Of a stretch of 64,000 nt of DNA, positions 39,606 to 53,283 are shown piece by piece. Each line of letters starts with the position of its first letter. Position 1 is the stretch's first letter. The notes under the pieces are model-generated. The model saw only the letters and a program-made list of their open reading frames with translations, was not told the origin of the DNA and did no database searches. Made by a program: the position numbers and the translations under genes. This DNA is from Gnetum montanum (Eukaryota; Plantae; Gnetophyta). The DNA lies in the NCBI GenBank assembly GCA_015680685.1, contig MNCI01001825.1:1349876-1413875 (forward strand). Direction: 5' to 3'.

Positions 39606-40680
39606 TGTTAACCTTTTGGTATGTCAAAACCTTAAGCAAAATGGAGAAAATAGAATGTTTGTTATGGATGATGATTTTATAGGACATGAACAAGAAGTCC
39701 ACATGAGAACTGAGAACTCAAAGAGATGATATCTACAATGAGATGAAAAAAGTAAAGGCTACATGGGCAAGATGAGGGCATGAATGAGCATGGAAGAAAA
39801 CAAAGGCTACAAATCAAATGAAGATACTCCAAGCAATGGCAAGGAAAAATTACTAGAAAAAGCCTTAGAAGACAAAGCTCAAAAGTTAAGGAGACATGTT
39901 TGTCCAAGAGTAGATGTCTCTCTAGAGACATCCCATAGAAGACGTCCCATTTTCTAGTGAGACATCTCTCCTGAATTAAGGCCAATCTCAAATAAACATT
40001 CTAGCTTTAAAGAAGACATCTACACTATTCATTTGGTAGCTGTTGCATAAATTCCAAGTAGTTTTTAGAAACTATGAGGCTATAATATACCAAAATCTTG
40101 GGAATTGTGCAAGTGATATTCACACATGATCAATCAATGTCAAATCTATGCTATTTTATTCCTGTTCTTCATTCTAACATCATTTTCTTGATTTTATGTT
40201 GTACTATGCTTCAAAGTGCAAGGACATATAAATTTAATTACATTCTTTCCTTGTGTCTTTCTCTTTTTCTTGTGGCCCTTTAGGGTTGATGTGCTTCTTA
40301 CAAGAAGGCATCCACATTGAGCTTGTTAGACCTTGTGGGGTTGAGTGGTTTTGTAGCATCAAAACACTCCAGAGTAGAGCTTAAATTTGTAAAGGTTATG
40401 GGATCCTAGAAACCACATTCGAAGCTTATTGGAATCTTGCAGGGTTGAGTGGTTTTACAATGATGAAACACTCTAGTGCATAGCTTAAAGCTTGTATAGG
40501 GTGTGATATCCTTCAAATTATATTTTATTGAGAAAAAAAGTCTGGAGGTATGCATAGATTCTACCCTTCGATTGTGGACATACCTGAGTTGGGGAACCAC
40601 ATAAAATTTGGTGTTTTGTGTGGCATGTTTAATTTCAATTGGGAACTTATTCAACCCTCCTTATAAGTTCTCAATCCTCA
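39606..40680 (+). repeat. SIRE 3' LTR (~1075 bp)
   Basis: Follows the PPT AAAAAGAAGGAGAT, has TG...CA termini, and matches the 5' LTR fragments. Confidence 0.92.
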
Positions 40681-42764
40681 GAAATTATTTTTTTCTTTAT
40701 TTATGCAACTCATCAAAGAATAATTTGAGATGAAAAAAATAACTATCTCTAGTAAAAATCATTTACAACTCATGATAGACCATGAAGTACAACAACCAGT
40801 GCAAATAGGTTTGGAAGGATACATGACAATAGATTGATCACTTGAAAACCTAATTTTAGATATAGACCTACAAAAATCTCTACAATTAGACAACAGTAGA
40901 GTATACAAGCTTTTTCTATGATGGTAAGTTCGTACATATGCTCATAAATTAAGAAATTGTGTGTTTTTATTTTCATAACAAGAGTATTTATCATCCTTTT
41001 ATTAATACATCATGCCTAATGTGGGATTTTTTATTTAAGGCTTTATTGGAATAAAAGAAATGCTACAAGGAAGTGTAGCTAAGTTTCATACATCAACTAG
41101 TTGGCCAAGTCTGACTATGGTTTTCATCACAAGACTAAAAATCAAAGTTACAAATTATGATTTATGTTGTTTATAAGCATTATTAAGTGATAAAAATTTC
41201 TACAAATGATTAAGTTAAGTAAATATGCATTAAGTTCCTAATCACAAGCTCTTGGATACATTAAGGTGGCTAAGTGACATAAAACTAAATTCTAACATGG
41301 AATTAGAGTGTACTTATTTGAATAATAATGATATAACTTGGATTAGTATTGGAGCCTTATGTGAACCCATGCACTCAATTATCAATACTTTCAACAATTG
41401 GATTGATTATGTTGATCATAGAACATCAATTCATTAGATTCTCTTGAAGAATCTATTATATGTTAATCATTGAATTTAAATTTACTTACGCTATTTTTTT
41501 GCTCATTATGTTTACAAGGTCATTGTAAAAGTTAAGGATAACACATTATTTTGTTTTGGGTTTGATTACCTTCCTATAAAGATTTTAAAAAATTTATCCA
41601 ACTCAATAATTCCTACATGATTTCTTGCCAATATATTAATCCATGTTTACTTATCTAAAGCTAAGATAAGAAACTTAAAAAATAAAGAATTCATTCAATC
41701 CAAATGAAGTCAAATAATAAGTACTAGAACCATCATTATAGTTGTAAGTAATGAAAAATCTTCAATACGGAAAAATTAGAAGAGAATCTCAACAACTACA
41801 TTGGTAGATTCATGGAAGAAAAAAAAAGCATTTTATAGATAAAAGGAGGCCATAGAGTTAAGATTAAGAAGAACAATCTACCCACCTCTAGAAATTAAGG
41901 TAAAACATGATGAAGAAGGAAAGCTTTAATATAGATTCTACATTATTCCCTCACTTGTATATATTAATAAGGTGTAGGAAGATGATTTCAAAGATCTTAA
42001 AGTACCTAATGAAGAAAATCTAGAGAAACTTAAGTTATTTTTAAATGCTACATCTTTGATACATTTTGTCATGATTTTTTAGAAATGCTATGAATAGATA
42101 TTAGAAAGGTGCATTTTACTTAGATATACCTACCTACAATCAAAATTTCTTACAATTATGAATGAAAGAAGAATAGATAATTCTAGGAGTATACCTTCAA
42201 GATAAGTATTAAAGATGCTAAGTCTTCTATTCATGAAGGTATTACATACTAGCTAAAGTTAAGAAGAAAATTCATTTTGAATGATCATCAACTTATACAA
42301 AAAGAAGCATTCATATATGTTGGGTTCATGATCCACTATGTTGCATTCAAGATTGTTTAAAAATAAAAGTAGGAGGACATTACATCAACTTTTAAGAATA
42401 TCCTTTTTCACTTTGACAAATAATACAAATAAATCTTCCAAGGTTGTTCGATCTAGAATTCAAAACTTTTCTAGTCCAATTTTTATTAACTAGAATAGTA
42501 ACATGTCCTTTACTACTTCATGAGCAACTAAAACATAATGAAATGTTTTAAAAATACATTTATTAATAGAAAAGAGAATTTGGAGATAAATTTTGATTTA
42601 AAAGATACTCCTCTCCAATATTTTCTTAAGACCTATTAGTAAGATCCTAAAAATTTCATAATAAAACTAACATTGAGATGTAAGAAAGAAGTCCTCCATC
42701 CTTAATTTTTTTAATCTCAAAATTTATTACACAATCCATGTTATAAATAGGTGAAAAATCATTT

Positions 42765-43524
42765 TGATGAGGACATTACCTAGCCTATGTCTAATCCTTA
42801 ATATGTTTGTACATAGATGTTTATGTGTTGAGTTTTTTATTGATGATGATCTCAAGCTATTTTCGCTAGTTCAAGAATGTTTGAGGACTATTTTAATGAG
42901 TTTAGGAGGTTCCAAGGGCTATGGGGACTTGTTTGAAGATGTTGGAAGTTTATAGACCTTAAAAGGAACATCTTTGTATTTTGACGTAGTAGGTGGAACA
43001 TCCTAGCTATAGGTGAGATGTTTCAACTACATTCACAATGTTTCAGTTACTCTTGAAACATCCCACATGATTTTAGGGCATCCTAGTTGTTAACATCCGC
43101 TTTTAGGTGAGACATCTCATTCTCCTTTGAGACATCCTAGATGGGCATGGGATAATTTCCTACGAGTTTTTGACTAGTTAAATTTTAAATGTAAAGAAGG
43201 AAGATGAGGAAACAAGAGAGAATGATATAAATAGATCTATTGGGCCTTCATTTTAGATAAGAGAGTCTAGGAAGCTGAGAGAAGGGAGTAGAGAGAGATA
43301 AGGTACCTTGATCATCATCCATGTGAGAGTGTGTTTTCATTAATTGAGTGTGTGTGAGAACTTGATTGAATCTCTTTTTTGTCCTTAGGAATTTGAGCTT
43401 CCTTTCAACTATAATTTCTCCATTTGAGTAAGAATAAAGCTTTCATTTTCTTTTCTTATTCAAATTTTTTGTTTTGTGACATTGAGACAACTTGGATTAT
43501 GGAATCCATGGGATCTCCTCATCA
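42765..43524 (+). repeat. CRM 5' LTR (760 bp)
   Basis: 8-bp terminal inverted repeat, followed by the PBS. Matches 54551-55326. Confidence 0.92.
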
Positions 43525-44411
43525 TATTGGTATTAAAGCAACTTGTAATTAAAGACAATTGCATTCAAGTGGATAATTCTCATCTCAATTGCAAAGGATA
43601 ACTCCAAATTTTCAAGCTTGGATGAATTCTCTCTTGCTTTTTATTCTACTCATCCTAGAATTTGAAATTTCTATTTGATCCCTAACTTTGTCATATCTTA
43701 TAAAGATTGGAAGATAATTATGGAATTGGATGCTCATTTTCTTGTAATAGCTATGGATTAAAGATCTTATGTTCATTCCTCTTACAATTTGAAAAATTCT
43801 TATTTCATTCCTTAAGAAAGCTTGAAAATTTCATCTTTTCCATTAGAATTTTTTGAAAATTACCTTCTAAATTAGTTTCCATCATTCCTTCAAAGTAGAA
43901 GATAGTTCAAGATTTGTCAAGAGATATGGATGACATGAAAAATGCTTTCAATCTCATTGTTGAGAAAATTGAAAAGCTTAAAGAGAACAAAGGACATAAT
44001 ACTTCACCAAAATCATCCAAGCAAGGATACAATTCATGCAATTATTCACCAAGGCCTTCTTCAAGATATTCTTCAATTTTATCTCTTGACGATGATCTTC
44101 CTTTTGAAGATGAATGATTTAAAGAAGGAGAAGCTCAAGATGATGTCTTTCTTGATGCTCCTAGTGCTGAAAATAAGTCTTAAGGTTTCATTTTTCCTAA
44201 GAGAAAAAGGAACATTTATCTAAACCTTGAAGGAAGTAAGGTGAAGGAATTAAATTCACTCTTGCAAAAGCTTTCAAATAGTCTTCAAAAATTCCTCATG
44301 TTGAAGTCAAATCATTTAATTATGTGGAAGGAACTGAATCTTTCCTCTTTTGGATGAAAATTATTAACAAGCACTTTGAACTTGAAGACGTGAAAAATCA
44401 TCAAATGGTAT

Positions 44412-45259
44412 TGATGAGTGGTGAGGTACCCCTATGCCCAACCATATGAATCACTAAGGCATTATGCACAATCTGGTTGAATTCCATGGACCTATAGTTA
44501 TCTCATACACTAGTTTCTCTAGAAAGTGAAATGACGTTGAGAATGTTTGTTGTCTTCCCAGCTACACTTGTGAGGCTCAAGGGTATGGTTTAAGTGCAAT
44601 TGAGGTATATGAATTTTTATCATTTTATGTTTTATGGATATAATTTCCTACAACAAGAATAAAGGGTAGAGTAGATTGAAGCTAATGTCTATTGCCTAGA
44701 TAGCCTAATACAAGTAACCACCCCACTTTCCTGGACACATTCTAAACACATATAGCACTCCTGGGCTATGAAATGTTAAGCATTGTTGGGTTACCAAGTA
44801 CTATATGAATGCTTAATGTGGTTTTGCTCATGTTCATTAATTGCTAGAAATAAATTGCTTAGTCAAATGCATTAAAGTAAATAATAAGAAAGTAAAATGC
44901 AATAAGGAAAATATTAAGCTATTCTCAGTGTTGCAAGGATTGTCAAAAGAGTTAGTTTTATTCCTGTCACACTATTGCACTGAAGCACATTAGTGCTTGA
45001 ACAAAGAACTATACACACTTTAGACTCCTTTTGTGGGCACTTAGAAGATATTCTAACTTTGAGGAAAATGAATTGCAAGAGCTTTACTGCCTTTCTTGAA
45101 AACTAAAAACTAAAACTATTCCAACTAATTCAAAATGGGAGCCCAAGCATGATATTTATAGACTTAGGAAATATACCCTGATGTTGGACATCTGATGTCG
45201 GATCTAGGCCCCAATGTTGTGTACATGACATTGCAACTAACACAAATGGTAATTCATCA
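44412..45259 (-). mobile_element. Athila-like solo LTR (848 bp) in CRM gag
   Basis: TGATGAG...TTCATCA flanked by a perfect TSD GGTAT (44407-44411, 45260-45264). The gag frame MV|SYVETKLKG is restored on removal. Confidence 0.88.
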
Positions 45260-45509
45260 GGTATCTTATGTTGAAACCAAATTGAAAGGAATAACACTTT
45301 TACGGTGGGAGAAGGAAAGTCATTCTTACAAGGTGAACAATGATACTCCTATCATGGATTAGTCTTTAATGCAATTCATGCTAAAGAAAAAATTTGAGAA
45401 GACTCATCATAGATAAGAGGTCATCAAAGAATTGAAGTACCTAGTAAGACTATGAAGGACTAATACATGGAATTTTGTAAGGCTGTCTAGCTTGCAAAAG
45501 TTTGAAGAT

Positions 45510-45736
45510 TCTTTTTTCAGTATCTCAAGAAACCATTTTCTAGTATCTGTATGAAATCATTTTCAAGTATCTAGAATTGTTTGCTAGTATTTGAAAAAAT
45601 CAATTTCTAGTATCTTAAAGAACCATTTTTTAGTATCTCGAAGAACCACTTTTTATGATCTCAAAGAATCTTTTTCTGGTATCTAGAAGAACCTTTTATC
45701 TAGTATCTCAAAGAAATGTTTTTTGATATCTCGAAG
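45510..45736 (+). repeat. ~23-bp minisatellite (GTATCTCAAAGAACCATTTTCTA) within CRM gag, ~10 units
   Basis: Visible periodic GTATCT...TTTTCTA units. Confidence 0.8.
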
Positions 45737-45899
45737 TGTTATGAATATGAACAAGCATACAACTTTCAAAGAGGACTTAAAAGGGAGTATCAACAAGAGA
45801 TAACCTTCTATGAGCCCCAAAATTTGGATGAAGCTTTTCAATTGGCTGTCAAGGCTAAGAAGAAACTCCAATGATATAATAAAGATTCTAAATTTTCCA

Positions 45900-48582
45900 A
45901 CTCTCCCCAATAGGTATCATTAGAGAGCTAGTTCCATGCACAATGTGCTGCTTTTTGAATCAATGGTCAACCACTAGGTGCCCTCCTATTTTTTGGTTGT
46001 TTCGTATAGACACCTTTGAATTTCTATTTTTAGCACACACTACTTACTTTACAGCTAAAAGTTTTTACGCACAATTGCACCCACTATCACTATACGTGAT
46101 GCATGGAGCTCTCTCCTTCTTGATCTTTCCAAGTGTGTTTTCTTTAGCTATCTCCATAGAAAGATCTTTGATGCCCATTCCTACATCAATGGCACTTAGC
46201 CATCCTCTTCCCATAATGATTGGAAAGTCTCCTCTGCAGTTCTCTACATTGATTACCAAGAAGTTGGTAGGATAAGGCCACCCACAGATAGTGGTCACAA
46301 TGTCTTCTACCAGTTCTAATGGAACAGTGATGGACTAGTCTACCAATTCTAATATGATGTTGCTCTTATTAAGAGGAGGCAAGTTCTAAACAGTGTACAT
46401 CTCATGAGAAATCAAATTAACACTAGAACCTGAATCAAGAAGAGCCTTCCACGGTTCATTCCTAGCAATCTACAAATAAATTAAAGGACTTTCAAGATTA
46501 GCTAATTTCCTATGAAGGTTTCCTACACAAATTCAATTAGACACAATGTGAATAAGCATTATAATATGGATCATTGGCAGAGTTTGGTTTGAAGAAGGTG
46601 CAAAGGAATCTAATATGGAGGAAGAGGTAGGAGCAGGGTTGTCAACCACTAGTGTAGGTGAAGGGTTAAGTGGACTATAGGGTCAAAAGAAAAGTATTTT
46701 CTTTGATCAAGCATTCAACCCCTCTAATTGATGATTGGGTTGCAAATTAATAGCCCTTGTAGCATTGCATTGTTGCAGTTGAACAAGTAGTTCATCCTAC
46801 ATTGGTGGAGTAGGTGGTAGCGATGCAACTAGAGGAGGAGTGTGTGCATGGATAGGAGAAGGATAAGGATAGGAGGTAGCATGTCTTCTTTCATGTGGAG
46901 ATGGAGTTTGATAATAGCTAGAAGGATGGTAGTAAGGCTATAACTAAGAAACATAACTAGAAGAGTCATGTAGAGACATGGGTTGTTGAACATGGTAACC
47001 ATATGGATCAGGTTGTTGGTAAGGGTATTGTTACCTTGGTGGTGTAAATGCCCATGATTGTGGTTGTTGCCATTGTTGTTACTATTCGTAAGGTTGTGGT
47101 GGAGCTCTGCTTGGAAAATATGGTTATTGTTGGTTGAATTGCCTAAGATTACCTTCAGGATAAGGCAACCTCTTGGATGTTTGCATTTGTGTAAGTTGTG
47201 GATGTAAGGCATACATCACAGACTGTTGAAGATGTGACACAATAGGGAAACATCTCTTGGAATGTTCATATTGGTAGACATTACATGCATAATCATCATC
47301 TGATTCATTGTCCTCAACCTCTTCTATTGTATAAATTTTTTCCTTACCTTTGTAATATGCATGTTTAGCTTCTTTTTGCCTCCTATGCTTATGATCACTA
47401 CCTTGTTCTTGAGACTCTTTAGCAATTTTGAGGATAGCTTAAAATTAGCTATCCATGAAATCCCTTAACTAATCAACCTTGGTTGTAAGTTTAGATTGGA
47501 ATTGTTGAAGTGGCAAGGCTTTCTTATGCATCCCCTCATCAAATATGGATTCATCCTCACTATCATAGAATCGAACCTCACACGTGCAAAAGGAAGGATT
47601 GTAGTTGTACTCTACACTTTCTCTTTTTCTTAGTTCTCCCTCCTTTTTGATGACCTACTCTATTAACCTTTGTACCTGATGGGAAGTTAGTTTTGACAAT
47701 CACCCTTGAGCATAGATATCAAGGGTTTTCCTCATTTCATTACAAAGCCCATCTAAAATGTGATGGAGTTGAGCCAATTGAGAATAACCATGACCAAGAA
47801 ATTTTTGCATCAAAGCATAGTTATCTCATACACTAGTTCCTCTAGGAAGGAAACAACATTGAAAATGTTCATTGTCTTCCCAATTACACTTGTCAGGCTC
47901 AAGGGTATGGTTTAAGTGTAACTAAAGTATATGAACTTTTATTGTTTCATGTTTTATGGATATAATCACCTAAAAAAAGAATAAAGGGTAGAGTAGATTG
48001 AAAGTAATGTCTATTACCTAGCTAGCCTAACATAAGCAACCATCCCACTTTCCTGGACACATCCCAAACACATATAGCACTGCTAGGCTATCAAACATTA
48101 AGTGTTGTTGGGTTACCAAGTACTATATGAATGCTTGAAGTGGTCATGCTCATGTTCATTAATTACTAAAAATAAATTGCTTAGTCAAATGCATTAAAGT
48201 AAATAACAAGAAAGTAAAATGAAATAAGGAAATTATTAAGCTATTCTTAGTGTTGTAAGGATTGTCAAAAGAGTTCATTTTATTCCTATCACACTACTAT
48301 GCTCAGGTATATCAATGCTTGAACAAATAAGTGTATACACTTTAGAATCCTTTTGCAAGCACTTAAAAAATATTATAACTTTGAGGAATATGAATTGCAA
48401 GAGCTTCGCTACCTTGCTTGAAAACTGAACACTAAAACTATTCCAAACTAACTCAAAATGGGAGCCCATGCTCGATATTTATAGACTTGGAGAATATAAC
48501 CCAATGTTGGACATTCGACATTAGATCCAAGCCCCAATTTCATGTACTTTACATTACGGCTGATACAAATGATGATTCATCA
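45900..48582 (-). mobile_element. Athila-like fragment (protease, gag, truncated LTR 47821-48582)
   Basis: Collinear with 4945-6860 (TTICGWPYPTNFLVINVENCRGDFPIIMGRGWL). The LTR part matches 44498-45259 and is again followed by GGTAT and CRM gag. Confidence 0.85.
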
Positions 48583-48844
48583 GGTATCTTATGTTGAAAC
48601 CAAATTGAAAGGAATAACACTTTTATGGTGGGAGAAGGAAAGTCATTCTTACAAGGTGAACAATGATACTCCTATCAAGGATTGGTCTTTAATGCAATTC
48701 ATGTTGAAGAAAAAATTTGAGAAGACTCATCATAGACAAGAGGTCATCAAAGAATTAAAGTACCTAAGGCAAGGTAGTAAGACTATGAAGGACTACTACA
48801 TGGAATTTTGTAAGGCTTTCTAGCTTTTAAGAGTTCAAAGATTC

Positions 48845-49046
48845 TTTTTTTGGTATCTCAGAAAACCATTTCCTAGTATCTTTAAAAAATCATTTTCAAG
48901 TATTTAGAATTGTTTGCTAGTACCTTGAAAAATAATTTTTTGGTATCTCAAAGAATCATTTTCTAGTACAACAAAAAATCTTTATCTAATATCTAGAAGA
49001 ACCCTTTTTCTTGTATCTTAAGGAAATTTTTTTTGATATCTCAAAG
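48845..49046 (+). repeat. Second copy of the ~23-bp minisatellite, ~9 units
   Basis: Lies in the duplicated gag segment 48583-49210. Confidence 0.78.
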
Positions 49047-51670
49047 TGTGATGATTATGAACAAGCATACAACTTTCAAAGAGGACTTAAAAGGAAGTAT
49101 CAATAAGAGATAACCTTCCATGAGCCCCAAACATTGGATGAGGCTTTTCAATTGGCTCTTAGTGATGAGAAGAAACTCCAATGATATAATAAAGGTCCTA
49201 AATTTTCTAAAGGTAAGGACTCCAAAGCTTGTAAAGGTGAGAAAAGAGCCAAGAAGAAGAAAAATGACAAAGAGGACATAAAGGAGAAGCAAGAGAAGTT
49301 CAAGAAGAGCCAAGACTCCTAGAAAGATCACTCCAAGAACTAAAGGAATCAAGAAAATGGCTATGCATCCAAAATTCAATGCTTTAATTGTGGTGAATGG
49401 GGACACATAAAATGGAAGTGAAAAAAACATAAGATCTCCAAAGGCAAGGAACTTCTAACCTTGAAAAATCAAGAATCCTCTAATGAAGATAATCCTCATG
49501 CACCAATGATTGAAGATATCACTATACTTAATTCTTGCATTTTTATGGGAAATGTTAGTGCTAGTAAAGATTCTAGAAGAAAGATGTTCTTTAGGATTGG
49601 AGCTAGGTATCTAGATAGTGGTGAATGAATAAAATTTTTAATTGATGGTGGAGCTCTAGAAAATGTGAATTTTTTCAAAGGTTATTTCTAAGCTTTGTTT
49701 AAAGCTTTCCAAGGATCATTTCCAAGATGTTAAGAAGAAGTGTTTTTTGTCTTTTAAAATTGGTTCTTTCAAGGACAAGGTACATTATGACATCCTTCCT
49801 ATTGATTGTGCTAATGTTATTTTGGGAAGACCTTGGAACTTTGACAACAAGGCTTCTTTTAGTGATGTAGGAAATGTTTGGTCTATTCCAAGAGAAGATG
49901 AAATACATGAACTCATTCCTATGACTTGGCAACAACATAAGGATAATGTTCCTATTAATGCTTCATTGATCTTGCTTAGTGATCAAGCTTACCTACAAGC
50001 ACATGAAGAGGTTGGGCATGATTTTGTTATCATATCAAAACTTGCAACAAGTGAATAGAAGCATACAAATGAACTTCCTCTAGTGGTGCAGCCCTTGACA
50101 TTGAAATTAACTAATGTTTTCAAGGAAAAATTAGAAGGACTTCCACCAATGAGATCCATTTGACATCAAATAGACTTTATACTATAAGCGACAGTTCTAA
50201 ATGAAAGAGCCTATTGCATGACTCCAAATTAGAGGAAAGAATTGAGCAAGCAAGGGAGTTACTCTCTAATGGTTTTATTAAGGAATCCATCTCTACTTGT
50301 GCCATTCTAGCTTTGTTAGTTCCCAAGAAGGACACTTATGAATTAAGAATAGGCATAGACTCTAGGGCTGTTAATAGGGTTACTAGCAAGTATAGATTTC
50401 CTATTTCCTAGATGGATGAAATTCTTTATGTGCTTAGCAATGCTAAGATTTTTTGTAAAATTGATTTAAAAAGCAGTTATCATCAAATAAGGATTAGATT
50501 AGGAGATGAATGAAAAACAACATTAAAGACATCAAATGACTTGTATGAGTGGTTATTCATGCCTTTTGGGCTAACCAAAACTCCAAACATATTTATGAGG
50601 TTCATGCATGAAGCCCTAAGGGATTTTATTAGTAAATGTTGCATTGTTTTCTTTGATGACATTCTTGTATAAAATTATAAGGAAGAGGACCATGTACATC
50701 ATTTGAGTATGATATACTCCAAGTTACAAAAAGTAAAGCTGATGATTAATGCTAAGAAATGCCACTTCATGAAGAAAGAAATTATCTACCTAGGTCATTT
50801 TATCTCCAAGATTCATGTCAAGATGGAACTATGTAAGATAAAGGCAATTAAGTAATGTCCTTCACCTAATGATGTGGGAGATGTGAGATCTTTTCTTAGT
50901 TTGGATGGCTTCTATAGGAGATTTATTAAGAATTTTAGTTCCATTGCATGGCCTATTCCCTCTTGTTTGAAGAAAAATTTAGTCCTTTTATGGGATAATG
51001 AGAAAAAAAAATCCTTTCAAGCATTAAAAGAGAAAATTTGTAGTGCTCTAGTTTTGGAAATTCCAAATTTCTCAAAACTCTTTGAAGTAGAAGTTGATGC
51101 AAGTGGGCTTACTATTGGAGGTGTGCTTTCTTAAGAAGATAAGCTAATTACATTATTCATTAAAAAATTAAATGAATCTAGACAAAAGTATAACACATAT
51201 GAGAAGCAGTTATATGCTATAATTTAAGCCATTAAACATTCAAGACATTACTTGCTAGGATTAGAGTTTCTTTTATTTATTGATCATAGAACACTTCAAT
51301 TTTTAAATTCTAAAAAGAAATTAAGTGCCAAGCATATAAAATGGGTAGATAAATTATAAGAATTTCATCTTATTTTAACACATAGAAGTGGCAAGTCTAA
51401 TGTTGTGACTATTGTTTTTTCTAGAGTTCATGATGCTTCTTCTAATGTGAAAGTTCAAGGATTTGACTCTTTCGCTTTATTATATCCTATTGATAAGGAT
51501 TTTGATGCAATTTGGAAATATTTATCTTCCTCATTATTAGAAAGAACTTATCAATAGAAATCTTATCATGTGAAGAATGGGATTTTGTTTAAGGATGAAA
51601 ATATTTGTGTTCCAAAGTGTGATTTCAAGTACAAACTCCTTTAAGAGAAATACCAAAGTAACATCACTAT

Positions 51671-53283
51671 TGAAACACCACCAAATTTTAGCTATAGCAT
51701 CTTGACTACAAATTTCTCTAAGTCTCAACATGAGGCAAATTTTTCTAAGTGCTGGGACAATTCTCTCCACTACCTAGAGCGTAGTCAACCCCGTAGAGAG
51801 AGTAGTTAATACAAAAGCCCAGTTTTGCAATTTTTTCCAAGGATCATTATGAAGCCAGAAGCTATAGATTTTTTTCTAAGTGCTAAGACTACACTCTCTA
51901 CTACCCCAAAGCATAGTCAAGCATAGTAAGCGTGGTGGCATATTTTCTACAAAATTTTCTAAGTGTTGAGACTATGCTCTTCACTACCATAGAGCGTAGT
52001 CAGCATCATGTAGAGTGTAGTCAATATAAAGGCAAATTTGTAAAATTTTCCTAAGTGTCAAGCCAATAGTTGTAGATTTTTCCAAGTGCCAAGACTATGC
52101 TCTTCACTACACAAAAGCATGGTCAAGTGTAGTTAGCTAGAACAACATCCAATGGCTTCTACAATGTAGCACCAGCACTCAGCTTAGCTCCAACACACTG
52201 ACAACAAGCATAGTTAGCAAAAATGACTCTTTTTTGTACCCCTTTTTGTTCCCAAATTGTAACTACACTAAACCCCACTCAAGATAATGGACAGCATAGT
52301 CCTGAAGCATAGTCTCCAAAGTTGCAAATTTTTCACATTTTTTTAGGTACATTGCTGTCTTGTTCGGAACACAAACATGTAGTTGGTAGTGTAGTCATAG
52401 TCTGGTAGTATCACACAACAAAGCATAACATTGCTTGCTTCAGTGGAGAGCCTAGTTGAATGCATCATAGTCCCAACCGTCCCATTGCCACGTAGCACCC
52501 AATCCATGTTTCATGCTAACCCTAGGCCTATAAATACATCCACCATCTACGTTTTAGGGGTGGGAAAAATTTCAAGTTGGCATTTTTGCATTTCATTGGA
52601 ATTTTGGCATTTTAGCATTGGCAAACTTTTGAGTTAGCATTTGGTGAAGTTGTAGATGATGCAACCCCATTGCAGCTTAGCAGAACACCATAGCCCATGG
52701 TATACTATAGTGACCAAACTAGCAGGCACAAACACCACGATGAGCACCAATCTTCATGGCTAGACACCTCCAAGACTATGACTACACTCTCCACTATGGC
52801 TATTGTACACTACATACCATCTCACCCCTTCTGGAGTTAACTACACTTAACCCCATTTGGGGTCATGCCCTATTTCTCTATTTTGCATTTTTCTCACTTT
52901 CTTTGCATTTTCGCTATTTTTAATGCATGGTCATGTTACAACTATGCTTGGGCAGTAGTCTCCACATGTTGGCACCCTCATTTTTGCTAAAACCCTTTAC
53001 TATGCTCACCCCCTCGAGCGCCTGTGACTACGCTCTACATTGTTAACACCATTAACACCACCAGAACACTTAGCACCATTTTGCATTAGCATATTGGCTA
53101 ACCACGCTACACCCCAGTTGCACCCACCACCCCAGCTGCATTTGGAAAAGTCCCTATTCAGTCAACAAGACTATTCAGGGCACCTTGTCTCTACCTCTAG
53201 TAGGCCCTCGTGCAGATGTAGGATTAGGTTGTGTGCTCATCAACCCCTCAATGTTCTAGCTGCTGACATTTTAAGTTGTTATA
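51671..53283 (+). mobile_element. Tat-type solo LTR (~1613 bp) inserted in the CRM integrase zinc-finger region
   Basis: Starts TGAAACACC like the other Tat LTRs and ends TGTTATA. TSD ACTAT/GCTAT. TATAAATAC near 52529. CRM pol resumes with HMDKTKTLEFVSRNYL. Confidence 0.82.

Larger units (their letters stand above)
3804..40680 (+). mobile_element. SIRE/Sirevirus-type Ty1/copia element, non-autonomous (gag + env-like ORF, no pol), with nested insertions
   Basis: Paired LTRs (3804-3977 plus ~9107-9991; 39606-40680) end with the C-rich signal TATTCAACCC. Also present: PBS TGGTATCAAAGC, copia gag, PPT CACCAAAAAGAAGGAGAT, an upstream PPT-like copy at 39273-39292, and a TSD-like pair AAAAT (3799-3803)/GAAAT (40681-40685). 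Confidence 0.85.

Noticed and set aside
42970-43145. Shared GAGAYRTC motif in CRM and SIRE LTRs as evidence of recombination between them
   Set aside because: Only the short GACGTC-derived motif is shared. No extended alignment is visible, so convergence on an ACGT-core site is sufficient.
49041-49430. Hydrophobic membrane-protein-like ORFs (also 16275-16505, 25398-25652, 27704-27918, 55650-55997)
   Set aside because: These are antisense shadows of purine/lysine-rich gag, ORF1 or A-rich sequence.
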